Positions 13,500 to 26,274 of a stretch of DNA of 64,000 nt are shown here, one piece after another. The notes under the pieces are model-generated. The model saw only the letters and a list, made by a program, of their open reading frames with translations, did not search any database and had not been told where the DNA came from. Numbering within the stretch: position 1 is the stretch's first letter; each line of letters begins with the position of its first letter. This DNA is from Blepharisma stoltei ATCC 30299. Its lineage: Eukaryota > Protista > Ciliophora. The position numbers and the translations under genes are program-made. The stretch covers positions 62,001-126,000 of the forward strand of contig CBFDEM010000034.1 of the NCBI GenBank assembly GCA_965603825.1. Reading direction: 5' to 3'.

Positions 13500-15500
13500 T
13501 AAATTAAACAAACTCGTTTTTATTGATTATTTTAACTCGTTTAGCACCTTTATCAGTCTTCTCAGTGCAATTTCTTTTCAAATCTCCCTGCTCCATAAGT
13601 TCTTTGAGTTCTTCACTGGTTAAATGGTAATTTCTAGGCAAAAGCCACCTCTTAAAGTTGATTGATATGATGACATTGAATATGTCTGCACCTGCAGTTA
13701 ATGCAATAAAAAATATATGCTGACAAGGTACGGTATATCTTTTAGATCAACAGCATGTGCAGTTAGCTTGTTTTTATTCACTATATAAATCTTTTGATCA
13801 TTATTAATGGTTTCTGAAACTGTAGAGACGTTATTAGTTTTGGTATCAGTTGTAATTAGATCATTTATTTTATCGATCGAAGTTTTGAAAAGAATCCAGC
13901 TATATCTAGTATAAGTTTTAATCCAAGCTTTATAAAGCGCATTTCAATTAAAACCAGTTAATTTTATTTTCCCTAGTTGATTCTCAACTGCATTATCGAA
14001 ATTTTGACTTTCAGTTTTAATAATTTTATCAAAAGCTTCAAATATTTTGATTTCACTGTTTCTTTTAAGCTGTTTAATGCATCTTTTCACTTGAGAATTA
14101 AAGCTTTCATATCTTGAGTTTTTTAACTCCGATTGTAGGTAAGTTAATAGCTGCATATTTTGCTTAATGATCTTTTATTTAAGCTAACTCCATAAATGCT
14201 GGCTCATCAACTAAAGGGGGGAATTTATATAGTAAGGCATTTCATTTTGCATTAAAAGCTTTTTCGTCTTTAGAATAGTATAAAGCCCATAAAGCATCCC
14301 ATGTGATATTTAATTTCGACAGGAGGTGATATTTCGTTTAATGTGTCATATGCAAAACAATATTTTAAACTTTTTATTAAGAGCACTAAATTGTGCTTTA
14401 TTTCTGTCAACGCAGATAACACTAGATGACTTAAAATATTTTATAAATTTGGTGATGATCAAAGGTAGTCTATTTCTCTTTCTTTTTTACAAAGACACAT
14501 CGCTAAGACATAATTTGATCCATTTATCGATAGTTACGAAAAAAATAGCACACCTAAATATGTTATTAATGTTGTATGTGCTATCTATTGCAATTACATC
14601 ACCAAGCAAGCGCCATTTGTCAACTCGTAAACCTTCTGTGAAAAATAATCTTCCATTTTTATTATCAGTTCCAATCATATAATTATCACATTTATTTAGC
14701 AATTCTATCATGCTTTCCATTGTGAGATTAATAGGATATTTGGCAGAATAATAATCAATGCAGTTTTTTATCTTATCTCTCAAAAAATTTTGCTTGCGAA
14801 CTTCATTTATCATACTCTTGATTTGTAGGCAAGTAAATCCTTCTTTGTAATAGCGAATTATTTCATCTTTTAACCTTCCAGATAGCATCTGACATTCTAT
14901 TAAGTTAGCAATTTTATTAACAGGAATATGCTCATGGCTATGAGTCTTTTCTACTGATTCACATGTAAGCACATAGCATCTCAATGCATCATTCCATCAA
15001 CTTAAATTGGCATGCCTCTTCTGGTGATATTGAAGGAAATAGAATTTACTATGTTTACTTGAAAAATAGCAACTAAATTCAATGTTTTTTCTATTAGGCC
15101 TTGATCTTGACACATCAATTTTAACCTGATCGATTTCTAAAGCTTTTAGTTTTATATGGGCTTAAATCTTTTAGATCTAAGAAATCATATACGTCTCCTT
15201 TGTTGAAGAAACTCACAACAATCATTTCCATCTTGGAATCTGCTTCTATGATATCATTAGTATTTTCTGAAATTGCATCTTCCTCATTATTACTTTTAGC
15301 TACTTTTTGGGTTCTTCGATCTGCAATCTGTTTCCTCCATTTTTCTAAATTTATTATTTCTCTATTTACTTCACTCACTAAATCACTTCTGGAATCATCA
15401 GATGCATCTTCAGATGATGCTTGAATCCTTTCAACATTTGGATTAGTTTTTTGATTCTGATCTGTTCAAGCACAATACAATAACTTGCATTAAATTTATT
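13500..15500 (-). mobile_element. Decayed Mutator/MULE transposase (Zn finger, DDE core, SWIM); element ends not defined
   Basis: HSHEH zinc-finger end; DVIAIDSTY; VICVDRNKAQ...LFCIWHIKRN (W = TGA, ~14335-14420); RYESFNSQVK; SWIM CTCCWSKRYTVPCQH (~13715-13765). Interrupted by TAA stops and frameshifts. Confidence 0.8.
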
Positions 15501-15522
15501 GATTCATAAATTAAAGCTAAAT

Positions 15523-16473
15523 TTTCTTAAATCATGATTGGCATGCCTTTATAAGGCTACAAGATTATGACTCTCGCTGTTGATGGTTCTGAATTCTTTG
15601 GGAAAGCTGGACTCTATTATAATAAATGAGCTCAGAAACAATGTCACAATGGGAATTTCATATGCATTATTAATGTAAGAAGTCGAACATTCTGATCTTA
15701 GCTACAATATTTTAGTAGTCCTTGTAATAGTTTCCTGGATGAGAGGCATTACCTATTTCAGGATCTTTAAAAATACAAGATACATGGTAAACCTGATTAC
15801 TCAAGTAATAAAAGACATCACTTCATTCTTTATCCTCCTTTTCTATTCCACCCTTGCTTTTGCATTTATTTTCTTAGTCATGGATAAAGACGATCCTAAA
15901 TTGATTGACTATATCAAAATATCATATAGGCTAGACCTTGGCGATTTTGACCCTACTGGCTTTACCTCAATGCAATGGGTCTGCTTGTTCTTAGCTACTA
16001 TGATAAATATGATTATCATGCTAAACCTCTTGATCTCAATCATGGGCGACACTTTTGGAAAAGTCCAAGAAAACGCCGAAATTGCAGACAGAAAAGAATT
16101 ACTAGGGATGATCAGTGAAATAGAAACATTGATGTTTTGGAAGAAAAGCTGCACTGAAAAATCTTATTTCCAAGTACTTACGGGTGAAGAATCTGAAGAA
16201 ACAGAAAAAAATATTAAAAAATTTATCAAGAAAAACATAAAAAGATACCACTTGCAGACTCTAAAAATGATGGAAAGTCATGGAGAAATGTTGGAGAGCC
16301 ATGGAGAAATGTTGAAGAAGATATGGACTAAGTTAGAAGGAGACAAGAAAGAAGGAGACAAGAAAGAAGGAGACAAGAAAGAAGAAGATAAGAAAGAAGA
16401 GAAAGTTGAAGAGTCATCTAATGAAAAAAGCGGTGAAGAAAGCGGAGAAAAAAGTGGAGAAGAAGAAGATTAA
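15523..16473 (+). pseudogene. Inverted pore-only copy of the channel gene (intact ORF 15739..16473)
   Basis: Near-identical to the C-terminal modules at 8914, 17425 and 21478; no WD40 part upstream; in-frame TAA at 15676. Confidence 0.8.
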
Positions 16474-16679
16474 GCTTTTAGCATATTATTTATTCCTTAA
16501 TTTTTCATTAATTCGAAATGAAAAGTATTTTTTAAATTATTGTGGCTGTTTCAGCAGTAGACTTGAAATTTTTATAAACACTAAAGCGGATATTGGTAGA
16601 TGTCATCAAAAAAACGTAAATGTACAAAAAATAGACAAATAGTAATTTCCTCATATAAAGTTCTTTTTCAGTATAATAG

Positions 16680-17146
16680 AGTACTAGCAACACTTGCACC
16701 ATCAGCAATATTGGCAATATTATCAAAAGCTAGCACCATCAGCAATAATAGAGATTATAGCAAAACTAGCAGCATCAATGCTAGCCACATTAGCAACACT
16801 AAGAACACATGCACCACCAACAATAATAGAGATTATAGCAACACTAGCAGCATCAGCAATGCTAGCAACAATAGCAACAATCGCCACACTAGCAATAATA
16901 GCAACATTATTAAAACTAGAAACACAGCAGCATCAACACTACTAGAAATTCTAGCAACACTAGGAGCATCAACACTATTAGAAATTCTAGCAGCACTAGC
17001 ATCATTAGCAATGCTAGCAAATTTAGCAATAATAGCTACACTACGACATCAGAATTAGTAACATAACTAGCCACACTAGAACCATCAGCAATGCTAGCCA
17101 TTCCAGCAAAACTAGCAACATCAAAATACTATCAACTGCTGCAGCA
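16680..17146 (+). repeat. Degenerate minisatellite of ~9-nt units (agcaacact/agcatcaac/agcaataat) with higher-order duplications
   Basis: Repeated blocks such as aataatagagattatagca(a)actagcagcatca and tagaaattctagca; strongly A/C-skewed strand. Confidence 0.85.
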
Positions 17147-17424
17147 ATATTTTTTTGTCCTGTGACGGGCATGAAAATATTACTAATTTAAAATGGCACA
17201 GCTTATCGAAAATCTTTTTAAAAGTGAGGAATTTCTTCTCACGCTCTATCAAGAGAAGAGCTTACTGAAAAGCTTATTGACAGACATCTACCAATATCCT
17301 CTTTAATGTTTACAAAAATTCAAGTCTACTGCTGAAACAGCAGCAATAAATGCCAGACAATTCATAAAAAGCTTGCTATTTCAAATTAATGAAAAATTAA
17401 AGGAATAAGTAATTAGCTAAAAGC

Positions 17425-20400
17425 TTAATCTTCTTCTCCACTTTCTTCTCCGCTTTCTTCACCGCTTTCTTTATTAGAATGCTTTTCATCTTTATATTCT
17501 TTCTTCTCTCCTTCTGATTTAGTCTGCATCTTTGTCAACATTCCTTCAAGGATGTCCAGCCTTTTAATTGTCTCCAAGTGGTATCTTTTTATGTTTTTTT
17601 TGATAACTGTCACTCTAGTGTTCATATTTTTTTCTATTTCTTCAGATTCTTCAGCAGTAAGTGCTTGGAAATAAGATCTTTCAGTGCATTTTTTCTTCCA
17701 AAACATCAATGCTTCTATTTCAATAATCATCCCTAGTAATTCTTTTCTATCTGCAATTTCGGCGTTTTCTTGGACTTTACCGAAAGTGTCGCCCATAATT
17801 GAGATCAAGAGGTTTAGCATGATAATCATATTGATCATAGTAGCTAAGAACAAGCAGACCCATTGCATTGAGGTAAAGTCGGTAGGGTCAAAATCACCAA
17901 GGTCTAGCCTATATGAGATTTTGATATAGTCAATTAATTTAGGATCTTCTTTATCCATGACTAAGAAAATAAATGCAAAAGCAAGGGTGGAATAGAAGAG
18001 GAGGATCAAGAATGAAGTGATGTCTTTTATTACTTGAGTAATCAGATTTACCATGTATCTTGTATTTTTAAATATCCTGAAATAGGTGATGCCTCTCATC
18101 CAGGAAACTATTACAAGGCCTACTAAAATATCATAGCTAAGATCAGAATGTTATATGATAACTTGCCAGTACATAGCCCATTTAAGGTTTTCCCACTTAT
18201 GATCTAATATATCTTGTATAAATTTAGTCGTAAAAATAGCGGAATTCGGACACCCTTCAAGACTGTCCAAGAACTTAGTGCTCTCTTCAGAACCATTAGT
18301 TAATGGAAGCGGCAAAGAAGTTAGCATGCATGTCACAGGCTTGCCTTGAGTTTTTTTCTCCTCTCCCAGCCCGAAATTTGATTCTATTGGATAAATTTCT
18401 TTTGAGCGATAATAAATAGGGGTTTGCAATGATTCGTCAACAAACTTAACGAATTTTCCTGTATAAGGAGTATAGATTATTTTATAAAACTTGGTTAAAA
18501 AAGGATAGCCAAGCTTATTAAGCCCAATAATGCAATCGTTGGATATGAAATTAAGGGCATTAGAATTTCCTTTTAAAATTTTTCCAAAAGAGGATACTAC
18601 GACACTCACACAGCCTGAAAACTGCTTTTTAATAGCAAAAGATAGAGCATTTTCACCGAAATTGGTATTGAATAGTGAGCCTCCACCATCAAGAGCTAAT
18701 TTGAGCAGATTTGGATGGTTGAAGTAAGAATAAAGATGAAGAGTATTGATTCTATATGGCATTATAATCCATTGATCGTTCTCTGGTTTATACTGCTTTC
18801 CCTTATTATTTATGAGGTCCATCACATATTCTATATAAGAAAACTCGCTGTAAGGCTCGGCAACTGCTACAACGTCATTTGCAAGTGGATTTTTCATAAT
18901 AAACAAATTATCAGCATCACACTTCGTTTTTTCATCTTTTTCTTTTTCTTCCTTTTTCTTTATCATATTTTTCATTATCATATAGGCTAAGTATTTTTCA
19001 TCAGCTGTTAGTTGAAAATATTCTATCTCCTGCTTAATGTCATAATGAAACAGCTGATTGTATGTAATAAGGCACCAAAAAGTGATTTTGCCTTCTTTAG
19101 TGGCAACAATCATATTTTTCTGATCTTTTAATATGTGAATTTTATTAATTCTTCCTCCAGCCTTAAATCTCGCTAGTAATCCTCTTGTTTTCCAATTATA
19201 TACGAATATTGAGCCCGATTCACTTCCAATCACCACATTTTCTTCATTTTGAAAAGTGCTTAAACTTATTACTTCTTGGTCTTTTTCTCCTTTAAGAGGT
19301 GAGATTGCAAATTCACCAGTAGAAATGTCCCAAAAATAAACAGACCCAGTGTAGTTTCCAGCAGCAATCACATTGGAAGACGGCAATAAAATAATTTCGC
19401 TAATATAACTTTCGCTTCCTTTGAATTCCCTGACCTTTTTCATGGTTTTAATATCCCATAGGAACACTTTGTGGGAAGTCCCACCAGTTGCACAATATGC
19501 TTTATCAGGGCTGATAGTGCGTGTTTTAAAATAGCCAATGTCACACCCATTTCGCGGGATTTTGACACTTTTTTTGCTTATTAAGTCGTACCTGACTATG
19601 GAATCATAGGTTAGAATCATTATGTTTCTCTCATCAATGAAATTGTAATAATATATTCTGTCATCGTCAATTGTAACTATCTTTCAGTCTTGTTAGTAGA
19701 CAAATCCCACTTCTCTAATGTGATCATGTTACTAGTTTTAATAATCAAATTGCTTTCTGTTGGGGAAATTTCGAAATCTCAAACTTTTTTTGATAATTCT
19801 TTAGTTACCCCAGGAAATTTCAATGAGCGGAGTTTTCCGTCCATCCCATTTGTGTATATCAATTTCCCATCAGAGGAAAGCATCACAAAATTAAGGCTCC
19901 CACTATGGACTTGGACTTCTGACATTTGCTCTTTGTTTTTAATGTCCCAAAATATAAGCTTTCCTTTTTCATCTCCTAATATAAGCGTATTTTCATCATT
20001 TGCTATAACTGGCGAGAAAACTCTTTCTTTCATTAAAACTTTGCATTTTTCCAAAGGATTTACATTGATAATAAATACAGTATCTCAAAAAACTGCTATA
20101 ATTTTAGATTCGTTAGGAGAAAATTCCAGATAATCAATTAGCTCAAAACATTCAAGCATTTCATTTTGGCTTGAAGATTCTAAATTTGTCAATGTCAATT
20201 TATGATCGCTTGAAAAAGTGGCAAGCTTTCCAGTCCGTGATAAAGCCATTTCAGCGAACTCTCCTTCAAGAATGTCTTCTCTTTCTTCAAAATTTTCAGG
20301 ATTGACTTTGACTATTTTTTTGTAGTCTAATAGGACATATAAAAAATTTTTATCATAAGACTGGACCATTTTACGGATATGATGACCAAAATCCAAAGTC

Positions 20401-20855
20401 TTTTCTTTGACTGGGAGAAGGGAAGGAAGCTTAACCTCATGAAGAGATTGAAAGGAGGAGAAGATTGCTTTTTGTTCTCCTTTTAGAACTGCTACAGATT
20501 CTATTCGCTCCCAGAGTTTTTTCTCGTCGATTCTTTTGGTCTTCATGTCGATATAAAGAGCAAGCCCTTCACAAGTGGAGGCGACATAATGAGTTTCGTC
20601 TGACAGCTTTACTATGTTGGATATTTGGTAAGGCACATTGACTTGTGAATGTAGGAGACTGTTGAAAACAACTGAAATATTAGCTAAAGCTTCGCTCATT
20701 TTATCCGGCTTTGCTTTATCATTGGTAACTTGAACAGTTGCAGGATTGATTTGGTTAGGTTTGAACTCCATTTCTACCATCGTAGAAAGAAGAGCAGCAT
20801 CTTTCAATGATTTGACATCGCCTAGAAGAGGTTTAGATAACTGAGTATTATCCAT
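17425..20855 (-). pseudogene. WD40 + ankyrin-like + TRP-type channel, copy 2 (disrupted)
   Basis: TGA read-through at 20085 and 19779; 1-nt deletion near 19682; S1-S3 deleted with an in-frame TAA 18151-18153 at the junction. Confidence 0.75.
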
Positions 20856-21477
20856 TTATATAATTTTCAAAGCACTGAAAACTTTAAAAACCTAAGGTAT
20901 TCTATATAAAACTTACAAGTTTAAAAGTTTCAATTGCATTTTCGTATGGATCAGCGTTATAGGCTTGACTTTCCCAAACATTAAATGCTTTTCTTGCAAG
21001 TTTTTTCTTATAGTATCATCCAATGTATTTTCTTGTGTAACTGAAAAAATATAAAAATCAAGCAGCCCATGCATGGACCTTTTTATTAGTCAATTTTTAT
21101 AGAATAATTAGGATTTAGAAAATGCAACGTGAAATGCAGCTTAAAAAATATTTTTCTTTAAATATAGAGTATTCTACATGAATTTATAATTTAAAATTTC
21201 AACTTCATTTTTATATGGATTTCTGCTATAAATCATTTTTCTATATCTTCAATCAAGTTTTTTTAGTATATATTTTAGTTTTTACATTTAAATGAAAATA
21301 ATCTTACGTTAAGTTTACAGTTACACTTTTTTTGCTGACATCTACCAATACCTCTTTAATGTCTACAAAAATTTCAAGTCTACTATTGAAACAGCCGCAA
21401 TAAAAGCCAAACAATTCATAAAAAGCTAGCTATTTCGAATTAATCGAAAATTAAGGAATAAATAATATACTAAAAGC

Positions 21478-24400
21478 TTAATCTTCTTCTTCTCCACTTT
21501 GTTCTCCGCTTTCTTCACCGCTTTCTTCATCAGATGACTCTTCAATTTCCTCTTCTTTCTTGTCTCCTTCTAACTTAGTCCATATCTTCTTCAACATTTC
21601 TTCAAGGCTGTCCATCCTTTTTAGAGTCTGCAAGTGGTTTCTTTTTATATTTTTCTTGATAACTGTCACTCTGGTGCTAATATTTTTTTCTGTTTCTTCA
21701 GATTCTTCACCAGTAAGTACTTGGAAATAAGATCTTTCAGTGCATTTTTTCTTCCAAAACATCAATGTTTCTATTTCACTGATCATCCCTAGTAATTCTT
21801 TTCTGTCTGCAATTTCGGCATTTTCTTGGACTTTTCCAAAAGTGTCGCCCATGATTGAGATCAAGAGGTTTAGCATGATAATCATATTTGTCATAGTAGC
21901 TAAAAACAAGCAGACCCATTGCATTGAGGTAAATCCAGTAGGGTCAAAATCACCAAGGTCTAGCCTATATGATATTTTTATATAGTCAATTAATTTAGGA
22001 TCTTCTTTATCCATGACTAAGAAAATAAATGCAAAAGCAAGGGTGGAATAGAAAAGGAGGATAAAGAATGAAGTGATGTCTTTTATTACTTGAGTAATCA
22101 GATTTACCATGTATCTTGTATTTTTAAATATCCTGAAATAGGTGATGCCTCTCATCCAGGAAACTATTACAAGGCCTACTAAAATATTGTAGCTAAGATC
22201 AGAATGTTCGACTTCTTACATTAATAATGCATATGAAATTCCCATTATGAGATTGTTTCTAAGATCATTTATTATCATAGAGTTCAGCTTTCCCAAAGAA
22301 TTCAAAATCAGCAACAGCGAGAGTCATAATCTTGTAGCCTTATAAAGGCATATGGAAGGCTTAAGATTATTATCAGCACCCCTAAAAAAGTAGATACTTT
22401 GACAGAGAACTGTAGAAGCTGAGCTAGACATTGCAGCCAGAGAGGCATGCCAATCAATGATTTTAAGAACCCAGAATTTAAGGTTTTCCCACTTATGATC
22501 TAATATATCTTGTATAAGCTTAGTCGTAAAAATAGCAGAATTCGGGCACTCTTCGAGACTATCTAAGAAATCAGTGCTCGCTTTAGAGCCATTAGTTAAT
22601 GGAAGCGGCAAAGAAGTTAGCATGCATTTTACAGGCTTGCCTTCAGTTCTTTTCTGTCTCTGCTGCACAAAATTTGATTCTAATGGATAAATTTCTTTTG
22701 AGTGATAATAAATAGGGGTTTGCAATGATTCGTCAACAAACTTGACGAATTTTCCTGTATAAGGAGTATAGATTAGCTTATAAAACTTGGTTAAAGAAGG
22801 ATAGCCAAGCATATTGAGCCCAATAATGCAATCTTCAGATATGAAATTAAGGGCATTAGAATTTCCTTTTAAAATTTTTCCAAAAGAGGACACTATTGCG
22901 CTCACACAGCCTGAAAACTGTTTTTTAATAGCAAAAGATAGAGCATTTTCACCGAAATTGGTATTGAATAGTGAACCTCCACCTTCAAGAGCTAATTTGA
23001 GCTGATTTGGATGGTTGAAGTAAGAATACAGGTGGAGAGTATTGATTCTATATGGCATTATAATCCATTGATCGTTTTCTGGTTTATGCTGTTTTCCCTT
23101 ATTATTTATGAGGTCCATCACATATTTCATATAAGAAAACCCGCTGCCAGGCCCGGCAGCAACTACAACTTCAGTTGCAAGTGGATTTTTCTTAATAAAC
23201 AAATTATCAGCATCACTATCCGCTTCTTCATCTTCATATAAATCTTCTTCTTCTCTTTCTTCTTTTTCTTCTTTTTCTTCTTCGCACTTTCCTTTTTCTA
23301 TTTTTTTCTCATTTTCATATTTTTCTTCCTTTTTAATAATCATATAGGTTAAATATTTTTCATCAGCTGTTAGCTGAAAATATGCTATCTCCTGCTTAAT
23401 ATCATAATGAAACAGCTGATTATATGTAATAAGGCTCCAAAAAGAGATTTTGCCTTCTTTAGTGGCAACAATCATATTTTTCTGATCTTTTGCTATGTGA
23501 ATTTTATTGATTTCTCCTCCAGCCTTAAATGTGGCTAGTAATGTTTTTGTTCTCCAATTATATACGAATATTGAGCCCGATTCACTGCCAATCACCACAT
23601 TTTCTTCATTTTGAAAAGTGCCTAAACTAACTACTTGTTGGTCTTTTTCTCCTTTAAGAGGTGAGATTACAAATTCACCAGTAGAAATGTCCCAAAAATA
23701 AACAGTCCCACTGTAGTTTCCAGCAGCAATAGCATTGGAAGACGGCAAGAAAATAATTTCTCTAATATAATTATCACTTCCTTTGAATTCCCTGACCTTT
23801 TTCATAGTTTTAATATCCCATAAGAACACTTTTTGGGCGCTTCCGCCGGTTGCATAATATGCTTTATCATGAGTGATCGCATATGCAAAAATACAGTCAG
23901 AGTCGTCATCAACAAGGAGGATTTCGATACTTTCTTTGCTTATTAAGCCATATTTGACTAAGGAATTAGAGGTCAGAATCATTATGTTTCTTTCATCAAT
24001 GATTTTGTAATAATCAATTTCATAATTATTGATTGTAACTATGTCATCAACCTTGTTAGTGGGCAAATCCCACTTCTTGAATGAGTTTTCGTCGATAGTT
24101 TTAATAATCAAATTACTTCCTGTTGGAGAAATATCGTAATTGCTAACTTTTTTTGATAATTCTTTAGTAAACTCAGGAAATCTCAGTGAGCAGAATTTCC
24201 CGTCAAACCCATTTGTGTATATCAGAGGAAAGCTTAACAAAATAAAGGGGCTTACTATGGACTTGGACTTCTGAGATTTGCTCTTTGTTTTTAATGTCCC
24301 AAAATGTAAGCTTTCCATTTTGATTTCCTAATATAAGTGTATTTTCGTCATTTGCTATAACAGGCGAGTAAACGTCTTCTTTCATTTTGAAAACTTTAAT

Positions 24401-25210
24401 GACTTCCAAAGGATTTACATTGACAATAACTACAGTTTTTAAAGAAGCTACTATGATTTTGGATTCGTTAGGAGAAAATTCCAGATAATAAATTTCCTCA
24501 ATATCTATATGCACTTCATTTTGGCTTGAAGTTTCTAAATTTTTCAATGTCAAATTTCCATCCTTTGAAAAAGTTACAAACTCTCCAATCCGTGATAAAG
24601 CCATTTGAGTGAAATTTCCTTCAAGAACGTCTTCTCTTTCTTCAAAATTTTCAGGGTTAACTTTGACGATTTTTTGTTCTTTTAATAAGACATATAAAGA
24701 ATTTTTATCATAAGACTGGATCATTTTTGGAATTTCAACACCAAAATCCAAGGTCTTTTCTTTTACAGGGAGAAGGGAAGGAAGCTTAACTTCATGAAGA
24801 GTGGTTTCGCCAGAGAAGATTGCTTTTTGTTCTCCTTTTAGGACAACAACAAAGCGCAGTAGATTGCCGATTTGTTTCTCATCGAATTTGCTGGTCTTTG
24901 TGTCGAAATAAAGGGCAAGCCCTTCATAAGTGCAGGCGACATAATGGACTTCGTCAGACAGCCTTACCGTGTCAAGAATTTGGTAAGGCACATTGACTTC
25001 TGAAGGTAGGAGACAGTTGAAAACAACTGAAATATTAACTAGAGCTTCTTTCATTGGATCTAGCTGTGCTTTATCATTGTTAACTTGAACAGTGGTAGGA
25101 TTGATTTGGTTAGGTTTGAACTCCGTATCTACGATCATAGACAGAAGAGCAGCTTTTTCTAATGATTTGACATCGCTTAGAAGAGGTTTAGATAACTGAA
25201 TATTATCCAT
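21478..25210 (-). pseudogene. WD40 + ankyrin-like + TRP-type channel, copy 3 (disrupted)
   Basis: 11-nt deletion near 24221 versus copy 1; frame then open through TGA 22324 to a single in-frame TAA 22216-22218, 21 codons before the pore ORF. Confidence 0.75.
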
Positions 25211-25364
25211 TTTTCCTATATATACTTATGTAATAAAATCCACTGAATATTTTTGTTATTATTAAAAATGAACTATTTTTTGATTTTTAATTGGTGGGTT
25301 TTTTCTATTAATTATAATTTTTCACAGCTTTCCAAGCACTGAAAACTTTAAAACCTAAGGTATT

Positions 25365-26153
25365 CTATATAAAACTTACAAGTTTAAAAGCTTCAATCAC
25401 ATTTTCGTATGGATCGGCGCTATAGGCTTGATTTTCCCAAACATTAAACGCTTTTCTTGCAAGTTTTTTCTTATAGTATTCATCCAATGTGCTTTCTTGT
25501 GTAACTGAAAAAATATAAAAATCAAGCAGCCCATGCATAGACCTTTTCATTAGCCAACTTTTGTATTTCTCGTTAGCTATTTCAGTCTTTCACGATTTTT
25601 CATCTAAACTGGTTTCCAAACTATCGCTTTCTTCTATCTCCTTCTCACTCATTAAGGCATCTTTAAATTTTTTGAGTATTTCCATCAACTCACTATTCAT
25701 TTCCACATACTTTTTTCTGGCTATATTTTCCTTTCATAAATTAAATAACGAGCATAATAAAACTGTGTTATAATGCCAATTGCTCCTTTGATTTGCTCTT
25801 TCAAGCTCATTTTTCCATAGATCAAGCCCTTTTCTTTTCAACTTGTACTCTGTTTTTGACCAAACTGTCTGGAGCCTTTTAGCCTGTTCTGAGCATTTGC
25901 TTGTGATCTCTTTTAGGTCATCTATCGCTGTAAAGGATTTTGAATGTTCCAAGCTTCTAGATTTATATAACGTTTTCGGCTTAACCCTTCTTATCTGTGT
26001 TCCTGCACCTTGACTATTTTCAAGCTCAATATTTCCGCTTCTATTCATCCTGACTTTTTCAGGGGTTTGAATACCTTGCTTTATAGGAGTTTTAGCTGAT
26101 CTTGGCGGCCTTTGGGACTGATAAACTTCATTGACAACTTTTGCACTCATCAT
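25365..26153 (-). CDS. Hypothetical basic/helical protein
   Basis: ORFs 25734..26153 and 25365..25550 join in frame through TGA codons; ends TAG. Confidence 0.75.
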
Positions 26154-26274
26154 ATTTTAACTATAAAAATGAAGAAAACAGAATAATGGCATTCTGTCTA
26201 TGATGTAATAGAAAATTAGCTCAAATAATGTCAAATGTTATCTAATGATAGCAGATTTCATTATAATTAAGCTC

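Noticed and set aside
13223-15522. attaaagctaaat direct repeat (13223 and 15510) as the MULE target-site duplication
   Set aside because: AT-rich, and no terminal inverted repeats visible inside it; may be chance.
16680-17146. CRISPR array or telomeric repeat
   Set aside because: No constant repeat with unique spacers; units are degenerate and not a telomere-type repeat.
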